A DNA stretch of 64,000 nt from Promethearchaeota archaeon (GTDB taxonomy: Archaea > Asgardarchaeota > Lokiarchaeia > Sigyniarchaeales > SOKP01). The DNA is taken from positions 1 to 64,000 of the forward strand of contig JAHPZA010000002.1 in NCBI GenBank assembly GCA_019058445.1, written 5' to 3'. Shown here one piece after another: positions 1-9,608 of this stretch. The notes under the pieces were generated by a model, which worked only from the letters and a program-made list of their open reading frames with translations, was not told the DNA's origin and did not search any database. The position numbers and the translations under genes are program-made. Within the stretch, counting starts at the first letter, position 1. The number at the start of each line of letters is the position of its first letter.

Positions 1-223
1 TATCTATCTCGTATGCCGTTATGTTTCTAAAATTATTTTGAATTAAGTACTTTAAAAAAATACCCTTTCCAGCCGAAGGTTCTAAGACTTTAATATCAAG
101 ATTAGTACTGTAAGAATTTCTAAATTTTAAACAATTTTTAACCATAAATTTTGCGATATACTTAGGAGTATAAACTTGTCCAATTGAATTTTTTTCTAAA
201 TTTGTATTTTTATCTAAAACCAT
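1..223 (-). CDS. N6-adenine DNA methyltransferase (TaqI/Eco57I-like, gamma class), N-terminal part; runs off the window edge
   Basis: Not in ORF track. Manual translation from ATG at 223: MVLDKNTNLEKNSIGQVYTPKYIAKFMV...KVLEPSAGKGIFLKYLIQNNFRNITAYEID, containing motif X (GQVYTP), SAM-binding motif I (EPSAGKGIF) and motif II (AYEID). Confidence 0.85.
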   Translation of the reverse strand, partial: MVLDKNTNLEKNSIGQVYTPKYIAKFMVKNCLKFRNSYSTNLDIKVLEPSAGKGIFLKYLIQNNFRNITAYEID

Positions 224-347
224 TTGATTATAATATTAACTTTTAATAGCTATATAGATGTTGGTCAGTAATAATTTTTAAAAGAAATATAAAAAAAGGA
301 TTTTACAACGAATAAGGAATTATATAAATGAATCAAGCTCATTTATT

Positions 348-1880
348 TTAATGATGATGATGTTCTGTTTTTATATTTATCGGCCTTAAGGAGCCTATTG
401 CCCATCCTGCAACTTCATTAAGGGAGGGATGTATAACCATGGATTGGTAAATCGGCATAAATGAACCTGCTTCTGGACATGCCCGTTCTAATTTTGTACC
501 CGGAGCTTGTTCAGATTTTTCTGGTAATGTACATGTAAATCCCGCATTCATTAAATAAACAAAAGGTTGGACCAATACTGCTGCATTCGGACCGACGACA
601 TGCGCTCCTAAAATCCTATAAAATTTATCCACAACTAATTTGACAAATCCATCATCAACATCCCCATTCTCGAAACCCATAGCAAAACCCTTAGCAACCG
701 TGGAATAATTCTTTTTTGCTACGAAAATTTCGTGTCCTTTCTCAATAGCTTCAGTCTCGGTCATTCCAACATGTCCTACTTGAGGATACGAGAAAATTGC
801 CCATGGGACTGTGGAATAGTCCGTCTGCATTTTTTGTTCTCCAAAAATATTATTACTACAAATCTCGGCTTCATAATTCGCTTTATGACGAAATTGATAA
901 AGTCCATTTGCATCCCCAATACACCATATATTTTTTTTAGAAGTCTCTAAAAATTCATTAGTTTTTATCCACCCGCGGTTATCATTTTCGACGCCTGATT
1001 TCTCAACCTTTAAAATATCGGCATTTGATTTACGCCCCGCGGCAATCATGATTTCTTCCGCTTGAACAGTTTTTCTTTCACCCGTATTTACATTTTCTAT
1101 AGTTAAAATTTTCATTTTTTTCTTCTCATCAGCCTTTATCGCTCTGTAATTAAGTAAAACAGTCATATGTTTCCTAAAATTTTGCTCTAAAAATTCGCTG
1201 ATTTCTGGTTCTTCAGTCACTACTAAGCGTGGCAACATCTCAACAATCGTAACTTCAGTTCCCATGGCAGAAAATATATGAGCAAATTCAGCGGCAATCA
1301 CTCCACCACCAATTATGATAAGGCTTTTCCAAGGCTTTTCTGGAAATTTATTACCGAAAAAATTCTCATTAGTTATATAATCAATTTTATCAATCCCTTC
1401 AATAGGAGGGATAAAAGAACGAGCTCCAGATGCTATCACAAATTTTTCGGCCTTAAATTCTCCAATTTTCTTTTTTCCATCATTACTTTTAACTGCCATT
1501 TCATATTCTCCAATAAATTCACCAATTCCACGATATAATTTAAGATTTGATACACTCGATAAACCCTCTTCCATCATTTTACTTTCATCAATCTGACTCC
1601 ACATTCGCTTGGCTATTAAACTCCAATTAATTTTCTCTAAAGTAAAATGAATTCCTACTTTTTTAGCATGTTGAGCCTCTCGGATTAAATCTGCGGGATG
1701 AACAAGTACTTTAGACGGAATGCACCCTCGAGTCAAACAGGTTCCGCCTAATTTTGTATCTTCAATTAGCGCACATTTAAGTCCCATATTTAGACCAACA
1801 TTTAAAATACTAAGCCCGGCTCCGCTCCCTATAACTACTAAATCATATGATTCCATAAATTCAATTTTTTTTTCTAACAT
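348..1880 (-). CDS. Class I pyridine nucleotide-disulfide oxidoreductase (dihydrolipoamide dehydrogenase/mycothione reductase-like)
   Basis: FAD-binding IGSGAG, redox-active GGTCLTRGCIPSK, NAD-binding IIGGGVIAAE, C-terminal HPSLNE. Confidence 0.85.
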   Translation of the reverse strand: MLEKKIEFMESYDLVVIGSGAGLSILNVGLNMGLKCALIEDTKLGGTCLTRGCIPSKVLVHPADLIREAQHAKKVGIHFTLEKINWSLIAKRMWSQIDESKMMEEGLSSVSNLKLYRGIGEFIGEYEMAVKSNDGKKKIGEFKAEKFVIASGARSFIPPIEGIDKIDYITNENFFGNKFPEKPWKSLIIIGGGVIAAEFAHIFSAMGTEVTIVEMLPRLVVTEEPEISEFLEQNFRKHMTVLLNYRAIKADEKKKMKILTIENVNTGERKTVQAEEIMIAAGRKSNADILKVEKSGVENDNRGWIKTNEFLETSKKNIWCIGDANGLYQFRHKANYEAEICSNNIFGEQKMQTDYSTVPWAIFSYPQVGHVGMTETEAIEKGHEIFVAKKNYSTVAKGFAMGFENGDVDDGFVKLVVDKFYRILGAHVVGPNAAVLVQPFVYLMNAGFTCTLPEKSEQAPGTKLERACPEAGSFMPIYQSMVIHPSLNEVAGWAIGSLRPINIKTEHHHH

Positions 1881-1994
1881 TTAAAGTTTATATTAATGTT
1901 TTAAAAGATGATTTACTCCTCATAACAAATCAAAAGCCCCAAAATTCGAATTTATAAATATCTATTACTTAAAAGAAGTTAAATAATAACCTAG

Positions 1995-2747
1995 TTAAAC
2001 ATCCTCGGGAATTAGCAGTATAAAATTACTCCCTTTTGAAGTATCTCCTTTTATCCTATTTTCAACCCATATTTTCCCATTATAGCTTTCGATAATTTTT
2101 TTAACTAATGATAAACCTAATCCCATTCCCTTTCCACTTTTTGCATTGTTATTCCCATCTTGAAATATGACTTTCTTTTTTTTGTGTGGAATACCAATAC
2201 CATTATCCAAAATTTGGATTTTTATATACTTTTTCCTATTGAATTCCTGCTTACTGATTTTTATCATAATCTCAACAACCTGATTGGTTGTATATTGTAC
2301 AGCATTTATTAGGATGTTTTCAAATACGTCCAGCAGAAACTCATTTGCCAAAACAATGTGATTTTTATCACTAATCTCTACCTTAAATTGAATCTCACGT
2401 TGCCGAAACCTATTTAAAATGTATTCAATTGCGTCTTTTAATAATTCATGGGGGTCTTTAGGACCTAATTTGAATTCTGTATCTTCTAATTGGGTCAATT
2501 TTCTGATATTAGAGATTAGTTTCTCTCCCCTTATAATTTGTTCCTTAATAATTTCACTTAACTCATTAATTTTTTTAGTTTTGGAATGATCATCAGAATA
2601 AATGGAAATAAGTTCACAGGAAGAGCTAATATTTTGAAGTATATTATTAATATCGTGAGCAAGCAAGTCCTTATAGAAACTAACACGATTATACGCCTTG
2701 CGAAAATTTATTTCATGTTCTTCCATTTTTTTTTCCGATTTTATCAA
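1995..2747 (-). CDS. Histidine kinase (HisKA + HATPase) with no sensor domain
   Basis: H-box LLAHDINN, N-box ENILINAVQY, G1 DNGIGIP, G2 GMGLGLSL; in-frame stop at 2781-2783 limits any N-terminal extension. Confidence 0.85.
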   Translation of the reverse strand: MIKSEKKMEEHEINFRKAYNRVSFYKDLLAHDINNILQNISSSCELISIYSDDHSKTKKINELSEIIKEQIIRGEKLISNIRKLTQLEDTEFKLGPKDPHELLKDAIEYILNRFRQREIQFKVEISDKNHIVLANEFLLDVFENILINAVQYTTNQVVEIMIKISKQEFNRKKYIKIQILDNGIGIPHKKKKVIFQDGNNNAKSGKGMGLGLSLVKKIIESYNGKIWVENRIKGDTSKGSNFILLIPEDV

Positions 2748-3016
2748 TTTAAATCCAATATCACTACTTTTCGAAATTGTCTACAAAAATGTGCGTTTAG
2801 TTTAATATTTATTTATTTAAATAAATTATAAATTTACGAGTTAAAAAATTTTTAGTTTGTTTATAATTGTTTTTATACAAATATCACACAATTTAAATAT
2901 TCTAAATGAAAACTTTTTAGGTCTAAAATAACGAATTAGACTATTTTAAATACGGAAATTGCTATAAAATAAGAAATAAAAAAGAGAATAATAATTTTTT
3001 TATTATTCTCTTTAAT

Positions 3017-3934
3017 TTAACCTTTAATTACTTCTACTAATTTTGGGAAAATTCTGGGGTAATGTACTGCCATGCAGTGAACGCCATCCAAGAGATTCTT
3101 GGATTTGAGCTCGGTGATAAAAGGTTTGAAGAACTCATAATTAGCTTGATCATACGCTTCTTTTTGAGCTTTTTTATCGGTGATATCTGTTTTAATACCC
3201 TTCCATTTGGAAAGTACATCCTTTGGAACATCTACTCCAGGTACAAATGTGTCAAAACCTTTAGCAATCCCATAACTCTTCATAGGAAACAATCCAAGTA
3301 GGACTGGTACACCATACTTTTTAATTCCTCTTAGAAACTCAATTGTTCTATCTAAATCATAGACCACTTGAGTTTGAATAAATTCGGCTCCTGCTTCTGC
3401 TTTTCTTCCAATTTTTAAGATTTCTGCTTCCATTGGGTCTGCATTTGGATTTGCAGCAGCACCTACATGCAAAGTTGGAGGACATTCAATTTCATGACCA
3501 TTAATGGATTTCTTATCGACCATCTCACGTACGAGTTTTACAAATGTTGCAGAGTCAAGGTCGAAAACAGGCTTCGCTTCTTTCACATCTCCCAGATTTG
3601 TATGATCTCCTGTTAACGAGAGTACATTTCTAATCCCTAAAGCATGAGCCCCCATAACCATTCCGGCAAGACCTAATTTATTAACATCTCGTACGGTTTG
3701 TTGCCAAATAATTTCTAATCCAGTCTCGCGTTGAACGATTGCTGACGCCGCTAAACTATTAATTGTGACGATACCTAAAGGACTATCGGTCATGTTTGCT
3801 GCTACTACATAGGGAGCCATCTCTTTTGCTTCTTGAATAGTGTGAGAGAGATCACACGTTTTTTCCGGCTCAAGTTCCCCAGTGAGTATGAACTCACCCT
3901 TTTCTAACATTTCTCCTAATTTTGAATACGCCAT
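3017..3934 (-). CDS. metF: Methylenetetrahydrofolate reductase, MetF subunit (copy 1)
   Basis: TGELEP, NMTDSP, TVRDVN, LTGDH, FIQTQ motifs of the FAD TIM-barrel MTHFR; directly downstream of metV. Confidence 0.9.
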   Translation of the reverse strand: MAYSKLGEMLEKGEFILTGELEPEKTCDLSHTIQEAKEMAPYVVAANMTDSPLGIVTINSLAASAIVQRETGLEIIWQQTVRDVNKLGLAGMVMGAHALGIRNVLSLTGDHTNLGDVKEAKPVFDLDSATFVKLVREMVDKKSINGHEIECPPTLHVGAAANPNADPMEAEILKIGRKAEAGAEFIQTQVVYDLDRTIEFLRGIKKYGVPVLLGLFPMKSYGIAKGFDTFVPGVDVPKDVLSKWKGIKTDITDKKAQKEAYDQANYEFFKPFITELKSKNLLDGVHCMAVHYPRIFPKLVEVIKG

Positions 3935-3950
3935 TCTTTTTTATCACCTC

Positions 3951-4616
3951 TTACCTAAACACTACCTCTCTTTGATGTCCTGATTCACTCCAGTCTCTTG
4001 GCTCTCTTAATTTAGTATATAAGTCTAATTTCCCCAATTCCTTCAAACGATTGTAAATCAAAACCCAACCGCAATCTCTTTCATAATTTCCGACTTCGCA
4101 TTTTCCATTGACCATTCCCCCGCAAGGACCATTCATCAGCCCTTTAGCACAGGTTGCGATTGGACATATCCCTCCTGTTTCGTTTAAAAGACAATCACCA
4201 CAGCCCTGACATCGCATATAAAATCGTCCGATTCTTTCAGTCATACCCATAAATTGGGTGTCATTAGCAGTTATGACGGGCTTTTTTGGATATTTATTAC
4301 TTAATACTTCAACTATCGATTGAGTACCAAGACCACAGCTTGCCGTCAAAATTGCGTCTGCTTCAGCGATTTCATTGTCCATCTTTCTTAGATCTTTTTT
4401 CATCACTCGATTATCGCACACTTCTTCTATTACAGCCCCAACAACTATGTCATATCCTTTTTCCTCTAAGATATCTGACCAATATTTCAAACCTTCTGTA
4501 CCGCCAGTTTGGCATAAAGCGGCACATGTTCCACAGGATATAATAGCGATCTTGTTTACGTCTTTCAATGCTTCTAATACTTCAGGAACTTCCTTCTTCG
4601 TTGTTATTACAACCAA
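3951..4616 (-). CDS. metV: MetV, Fe-S/Zn subunit of MetVF-type MTHFR (copy 1)
   Basis: CGTCAALC, CQGCGDC, GICPIATCAKGLMNGPCGG, CEV..RDCGW (MTHFR_C domain); TTG start preceded by GGTGA SD. Confidence 0.9.
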   Translation of the reverse strand: MVVITTKKEVPEVLEALKDVNKIAIISCGTCAALCQTGGTEGLKYWSDILEEKGYDIVVGAVIEEVCDNRVMKKDLRKMDNEIAEADAILTASCGLGTQSIVEVLSNKYPKKPVITANDTQFMGMTERIGRFYMRCQGCGDCLLNETGGICPIATCAKGLMNGPCGGMVNGKCEVGNYERDCGWVLIYNRLKELGKLDLYTKLREPRDWSESGHQREVVFR

Positions 4617-4960
4617 TTTGCTATTTTCACCATCTTTTACAATTTTGTATTTATCTTTTTATATAAATATAATATCCTATGATAAAAAAAGTAAAACAAA
4701 TATTAAAATGTGATCAATTTTTAACGCAAATGATCATTTTTTCTGAAATCCAAAATTTAAATTATTTGATTTCGAAACGAAATGATAAAGTTTAAAAATA
4801 AGTTTTATCAAAATTTTAAGACTAAATATGTTTACAGCAGAATTATTTTGACAAAAAAAATTATCTAATTGATTTTCTGCGAAATTCTGTATTTAATATA
4901 AATAATAATTGAAAAAAGAAAAACTAACATTAAAAATAATAAAAAAAAAAAGAATATTAA

Positions 4961-6457
4961 TTACGTCCCTGGAATACCTCCACCACCAGAAAGCGCTCTG
5001 GACAGAGGTGTTGCTAATCCGCCAAGAATTGATCCCATAGAGGTTAACTTCTTGAGCTGACTTAAGAGATCTTTTGTAACCTTCACGGCTCTCGTTTTTC
5101 CTTCTATTATTATTCCTTCTTCGGTTTCTAAGAATATTTGAATAGTTTGTTCTCCTAATTCTTTTGGTTCTAAAGAGAGCCAAGTAGTATCTCCGTTCTC
5201 TAACATAGTGGATAATACGCTAGCAATATCAGTTGTGTCTTTAGCAATTAATGGGATGGGTTTAGTGGGGATTTCAAATGATCCTCTCCCTTCGACTTCA
5301 ATATCTATTTTCACCTCATCAGGGTCGAACCCAGGAGCGATTATTCTCAGTTTATATTTTTTACTGTCTTTATCATTATTATAGAGAAAGACCATTATAT
5401 TTAACTCAGTACCCTTGAACACTACTTCTTGCGCTGAACTATCCATATATATTTTATCTTTAGAAACCCGTTCAATATTATCGGCTAAGTCAAGCTGGAG
5501 GCGGTCAATTATGGCAAAAAAGCCAGGATTATATATCTTGATAAATCTGAAAAGTTTGGCAACATCGTTAAGAGAAAAATACCATGCAGTACCTATCAAT
5601 AACCCTTTTTCAATATCAAATGTTTCCGCATCGACGTTAATAACTTCTTTTAATTCATTGGAAAATTGTTCTTTAGTTAGAACTCCTTGATAATGTAAGT
5701 AATACAAAAATAAAATACGTTCCATGGCAAATGTTATGGGTAATTCGTCCGGTTCATTTTGTTTGATCTTTTGTACAAACCCGGGAACTAAAATTTGGTT
5801 AATTCCTGCCACATATTCATCCCATTTCAGATACGTTACAGGATCTAAATGATTTGCAAAAATTTCTGAAAAGAAGTTATCAAGAAAGATGGAGTGTGTT
5901 GCAGGCCTGTAGAAATCGGATAATCCATTTACATCATGTATATTGAGGTTTAGAGATTTGACTAACAATGCTAATCCAAAACCAAATAAGGCAAATCCGA
6001 TTGCAGCATACCCTATCTCAAGTAAGCCTATAAGTAGCATTGATAAGAATAACCCTAAAGCAACAAAACACAAGACTGCAATGATTTTTAGGAAATTTAT
6101 TACTCCTTTAACGTTGTTGTACAGTAAATCAAAACCTTCCAAGCTATCAATAGGTCTTCCTCTTTTCCTCTCAAACTCTAATCGCTTGTTTAATGAGGTT
6201 TTTGTAAATGAAGCACCATAAAATAACATAATCGAATTAATCGCGTAAATAAATAAGATAAAATAGAAAACACCTGCCACGATGAAATCTACTAATTTTA
6301 CTACACTAAGAATCGCGAGGATTGTAAGGATTACCATAATCCAAGGAAGTATTAAAAGGAGATACCTTCCTATCCCGCTCATATATTTCGTTAGTTTCTT
6401 TTGCGTACGTTCTCTTTTAATTGTTTTTGCTAATTCCTTTTTTATTTGTTCTTCCAT
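4961..6457 (-). CDS. Conserved hypothetical membrane protein (about 4 N-terminal TM helices, large soluble C-terminal region); paralog of 39686-41212
   Basis: 498-aa ORF with hydrophobic segments; shares RLxFERKRGRPI, SLNLNIxDVNGLxDFYxP, NHLDPVT, IIAPGFDP, VEGRGSF, GEQTIQIFLET and LGGLAxPLSR with 39686-41212. Confidence 0.8.
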   Translation of the reverse strand: MEEQIKKELAKTIKRERTQKKLTKYMSGIGRYLLLILPWIMVILTILAILSVVKLVDFIVAGVFYFILFIYAINSIMLFYGASFTKTSLNKRLEFERKRGRPIDSLEGFDLLYNNVKGVINFLKIIAVLCFVALGLFLSMLLIGLLEIGYAAIGFALFGFGLALLVKSLNLNIHDVNGLSDFYRPATHSIFLDNFFSEIFANHLDPVTYLKWDEYVAGINQILVPGFVQKIKQNEPDELPITFAMERILFLYYLHYQGVLTKEQFSNELKEVINVDAETFDIEKGLLIGTAWYFSLNDVAKLFRFIKIYNPGFFAIIDRLQLDLADNIERVSKDKIYMDSSAQEVVFKGTELNIMVFLYNNDKDSKKYKLRIIAPGFDPDEVKIDIEVEGRGSFEIPTKPIPLIAKDTTDIASVLSTMLENGDTTWLSLEPKELGEQTIQIFLETEEGIIIEGKTRAVKVTKDLLSQLKKLTSMGSILGGLATPLSRALSGGGGIPGT

Positions 6458-6626
6458 TTAAATTTCAACCTTTTATTGGAGTTTTTTTTTAGATAAGTAG
6501 TTAGTTAGAATAATAGAACTCGTTATTTATAATATTATTGCATTTACAATAAAGATTAAAGAAGACAAACTAATTAACTAAATAGTAGTAAAATAATTGT
6601 TTATTTGAAATTAACAGATATAGCTT

Positions 6627-7757
6627 TTAGTGAGTTTTTTTTAATTTTTTCTTAGTTTCTAATATGTTTGCATATAATTCTTCTTCGGTTTCTGGTGGTA
6701 TTGTTATCTTCTCTTTCTTCTGAAGTTGTATAGCTTCCACTGGACACGTGATTACACAATTTCCACATCCCACACAGCGCTTTTGGATTACTTTAGAAAC
6801 ATCATCAACAATTTTTATGGCGTTCAGTTGACAACGATCTATACAAATCCCACATCCCGTACAAACATCTGGATCTACTTCAGCATAATAATTTGTAGCA
6901 TGAAATTTGGTAGGACGGGAGAGTAAATTCATGCCCACTAAAAACATACAACAATCTTGACAACAGCAGCAAATAAAACTCGGATTTTTAGAATTTCCAG
7001 CATTCAGGACTAAACCATCTTTCTTCACTTTTTCTAAGGTTTCAAGTGCCTCCTCTTTGGTAATTTGACGACCTAATCCTTGATCAATATAATGCTGCGC
7101 AAATTCATTAAATATTAAACACGTTTCTCGCAGATCAGTTTGTTTACAAGGGTGATTAAAGAGTTCTGTGACTTTTCGGCACATACAGGTCGCAGTTGCC
7201 AATGGTCCTTCGACATTTTCAATCACCTTTCTTACTTCCTCATAACTCGGAGCGTAATGCTCTGGAGTTAGGCTTTTCTCGACAGGAATAGTACGAAATT
7301 GGGAAATTTTTGTGCCGAAGAATTCCATACTGTAGCCCTCTTTCATAAATTGTGAAAATTCTCGAAGCCACTTTTTATTAATATTGTTCAGTTGTAATTC
7401 ATAAATCCCAATGGCAAACATCGCATTTGCATAATATTTTTTACCATTCTCCTCTTGGAACATAATGGTCCCTTTCTGAAACATCGTATCTAAGATTTGC
7501 TCTAACTCTTCAATTGACATTCCCGATTCTTTCACACGCTCATAAATGACATCTAAAGACTCAAAATCTTTGGACCAAGCAAATTTTAATTTTGTTGCAA
7601 TTTTTGCCTCTTCAGGAGTGAAGAAATTTTTTAATAAACGAATGTCTACACCTGATTTTGTTCGAGGAAAACCAACAGGCATCTCATCGAGATGTTGCTG
7701 TAGTGCTCTATATGCTGAATCATCATCAGAAGTATTATTTATTTCGTCTAAAGTCAT
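6627..7757 (-). CDS. Multi-Fe-S protein with C-terminal 2[4Fe-4S] ferredoxin domain
   Basis: CMCR..HPC..ETC, ICCCCQDCC, CTGCGICIDRC and CVGCGNCVITCP. Confidence 0.8.
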   Translation of the reverse strand: MTLDEINNTSDDDSAYRALQQHLDEMPVGFPRTKSGVDIRLLKNFFTPEEAKIATKLKFAWSKDFESLDVIYERVKESGMSIEELEQILDTMFQKGTIMFQEENGKKYYANAMFAIGIYELQLNNINKKWLREFSQFMKEGYSMEFFGTKISQFRTIPVEKSLTPEHYAPSYEEVRKVIENVEGPLATATCMCRKVTELFNHPCKQTDLRETCLIFNEFAQHYIDQGLGRQITKEEALETLEKVKKDGLVLNAGNSKNPSFICCCCQDCCMFLVGMNLLSRPTKFHATNYYAEVDPDVCTGCGICIDRCQLNAIKIVDDVSKVIQKRCVGCGNCVITCPVEAIQLQKKEKITIPPETEEELYANILETKKKLKKTH

Positions 7758-7941
7758 ATTTTCATGAATTTATTTAGGAATTAATTAAATTAGAAAATAA
7801 ATACTGTCTAAAAAAGTTGTTTTTTAAAATAAAACAAAAGAAAACATAAAGAGGAGCTAAAAGAGAAATAATTTAAATTTTTAATTAAATTATAAATTAC
7901 TAATAATTTTGAATTTAACAAAATAAGAGCGGAATTTAAAA

Positions 7942-8595
7942 TTGATATACCAATTTTCTGAAAATGAAGTAAAAGATTTCTATAATATCTTTTATAGATA
8001 TCATTCTGCCCTATGGCCGATGATAATCATAACTTATATTTTAGGGATTATAATCATAATTCTAGCAGTAAGGAAATCAGATAATTCAAGCAAAATAATT
8101 TCAGCGATCTTGGCGTTCTTATGGATATGGGTAGGTATTTTTTTCTTTTTAATCTATGGTTTATCGGTAAACCCACAATTTTATCTTGTCTCCGGGATTC
8201 TTTTTATCATTCAATCCATTTTATTCCTATATTATGGTGTTTTTAAAGAAAGAATTTACTTCAGAGTTGAAAAAGAAATTTATTCTTTCATAGGAATACT
8301 AATAATAATATATGCGCTAATTATTTATCCATTGATTGAAATCTTCACAGGTCATGTGTATCCCGCAGCCCCCATCTTTGGAATGGATCCTTGCCCCGTT
8401 TGTATATTTACATTTGGAGTTTTATTATTAACAGATAAAAAGATTCCCCTAAGATTAGTGATAATCCCATTTCTTTGGTCGCTATCAGGAGTTTTGGCTG
8501 TTGTTGGATATCATGTATGGGCAGATATTGGAGAATTAGTCTCAGGCATTCTTGGACTGATTTTAATTATTTATCGCAATAAAAAAATAGAATGA
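7942..8595 (+). CDS. DUF6064-like integral membrane protein
   Basis: Polytopic hydrophobic ORF with F..Y...WP.., LW.WVG..F, FG..PCP..IFTFG.L, IP..W motifs. Confidence 0.65.
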   Translation: MIYQFSENEVKDFYNIFYRYHSALWPMIIITYILGIIIIILAVRKSDNSSKIISAILAFLWIWVGIFFFLIYGLSVNPQFYLVSGILFIIQSILFLYYGVFKERIYFRVEKEIYSFIGILIIIYALIIYPLIEIFTGHVYPAAPIFGMDPCPVCIFTFGVLLLTDKKIPLRLVIIPFLWSLSGVLAVVGYHVWADIGELVSGILGLILIIYRNKKIE

Positions 8596-9131
8596 AATTT
8601 GAATTTCTATTTAAGTACTTTAAGTTCGTCATATTTTTAAAAATTTCAAAAAAAACCATTCTTTTTGTATTAGAATTCGTAATAATTTTGGGTAATATGA
8701 GTTAAAAATAAAGTTCTGATCATAATAGTGAAAAAAATAGGAAATTAGTTATAAAACCTGATCAAAAATCAAGAATTTTTACCAAGATTTCGACTATTTT
8801 TTTCGACTATTTTATGACTGAATCATTATTAAATCTTATGGAAAAGTGCGGTTTTGGTCGTTATATTTACTTTTTCGGTAGAGAAGCATCATGTAAAAAT
8901 ATTTTGAAGGATATAATTTTGTTAAGAAACATTAATGTAGTATTCATTTCTTTTTTTCGTAATAAGTATAACTGAAAATTATCACATTCCAACAACAATT
9001 CTGAAAAAAGTAAAAGACTTTCTGAATTTTGCCCGAAAACATTTAAATACTCAGCGGATTTTATAGTAAATAGGAAAAAAAATAATAAAAATTAACAGAA
9101 AAAATAATAAAAATTGGATGTGATAAAAAAA

Positions 9132-9470
9132 ATGGAAATTTTGTTTCAAAAGCTAAAAGAAGAAGGTATAACTGACGAACAACGCACAAAAATATATTCG
9201 TATGCGACCAATGTCAGTAAAAGCACGTTAGATGAAGTATGCCCATTTTTATTGAGAATTGCATTAGAATCAGAAAAAGGTCCTCTAAAAAACACATTAG
9301 GTCAGGTTATCTTTCATTTACAAAAGAATGACAGGATAAACACGGTAATTGGCCTTCAAAAATTAGTTGATGCTTGCATCATTGTGAATCCTGAGGAAAT
9401 GTTTAAGGTACTTGAAACTTCTGATGATGATGCTAAAGAATTAGCCAAAAACATTAAATCTGTTCTATAA
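9132..9470 (+). CDS. Hypothetical helical protein
   Basis: ORF-track 9114-9470; ATG at 9132 follows an SD-like GGATGTGA, so it is the more likely start. Confidence 0.6.
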   Translation: MEILFQKLKEEGITDEQRTKIYSYATNVSKSTLDEVCPFLLRIALESEKGPLKNTLGQVIFHLQKNDRINTVIGLQKLVDACIIVNPEEMFKVLETSDDDAKELAKNIKSVL

Positions 9471-9608
9471 AAAATCTTTTTTTCTTACTTTTTTATTTAT
9501 TGAGTTTGGGATGATAAAAACTAATTATATTCCAAATAGGAAAGTAAAAATTACTTCTTTATTTATACTATATAAGAAACATAAAATTAACTTCAAATGG
9601 TTTAAAGT

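Noticed and set aside
6-19. ATCTCGTATGCCGT matches 14 nt of the Illumina P7 adapter
   Set aside because: The match stops short of the rest of the adapter, and the bases encode the in-frame TAYEI motif of the methyltransferase on the minus strand; coincidental
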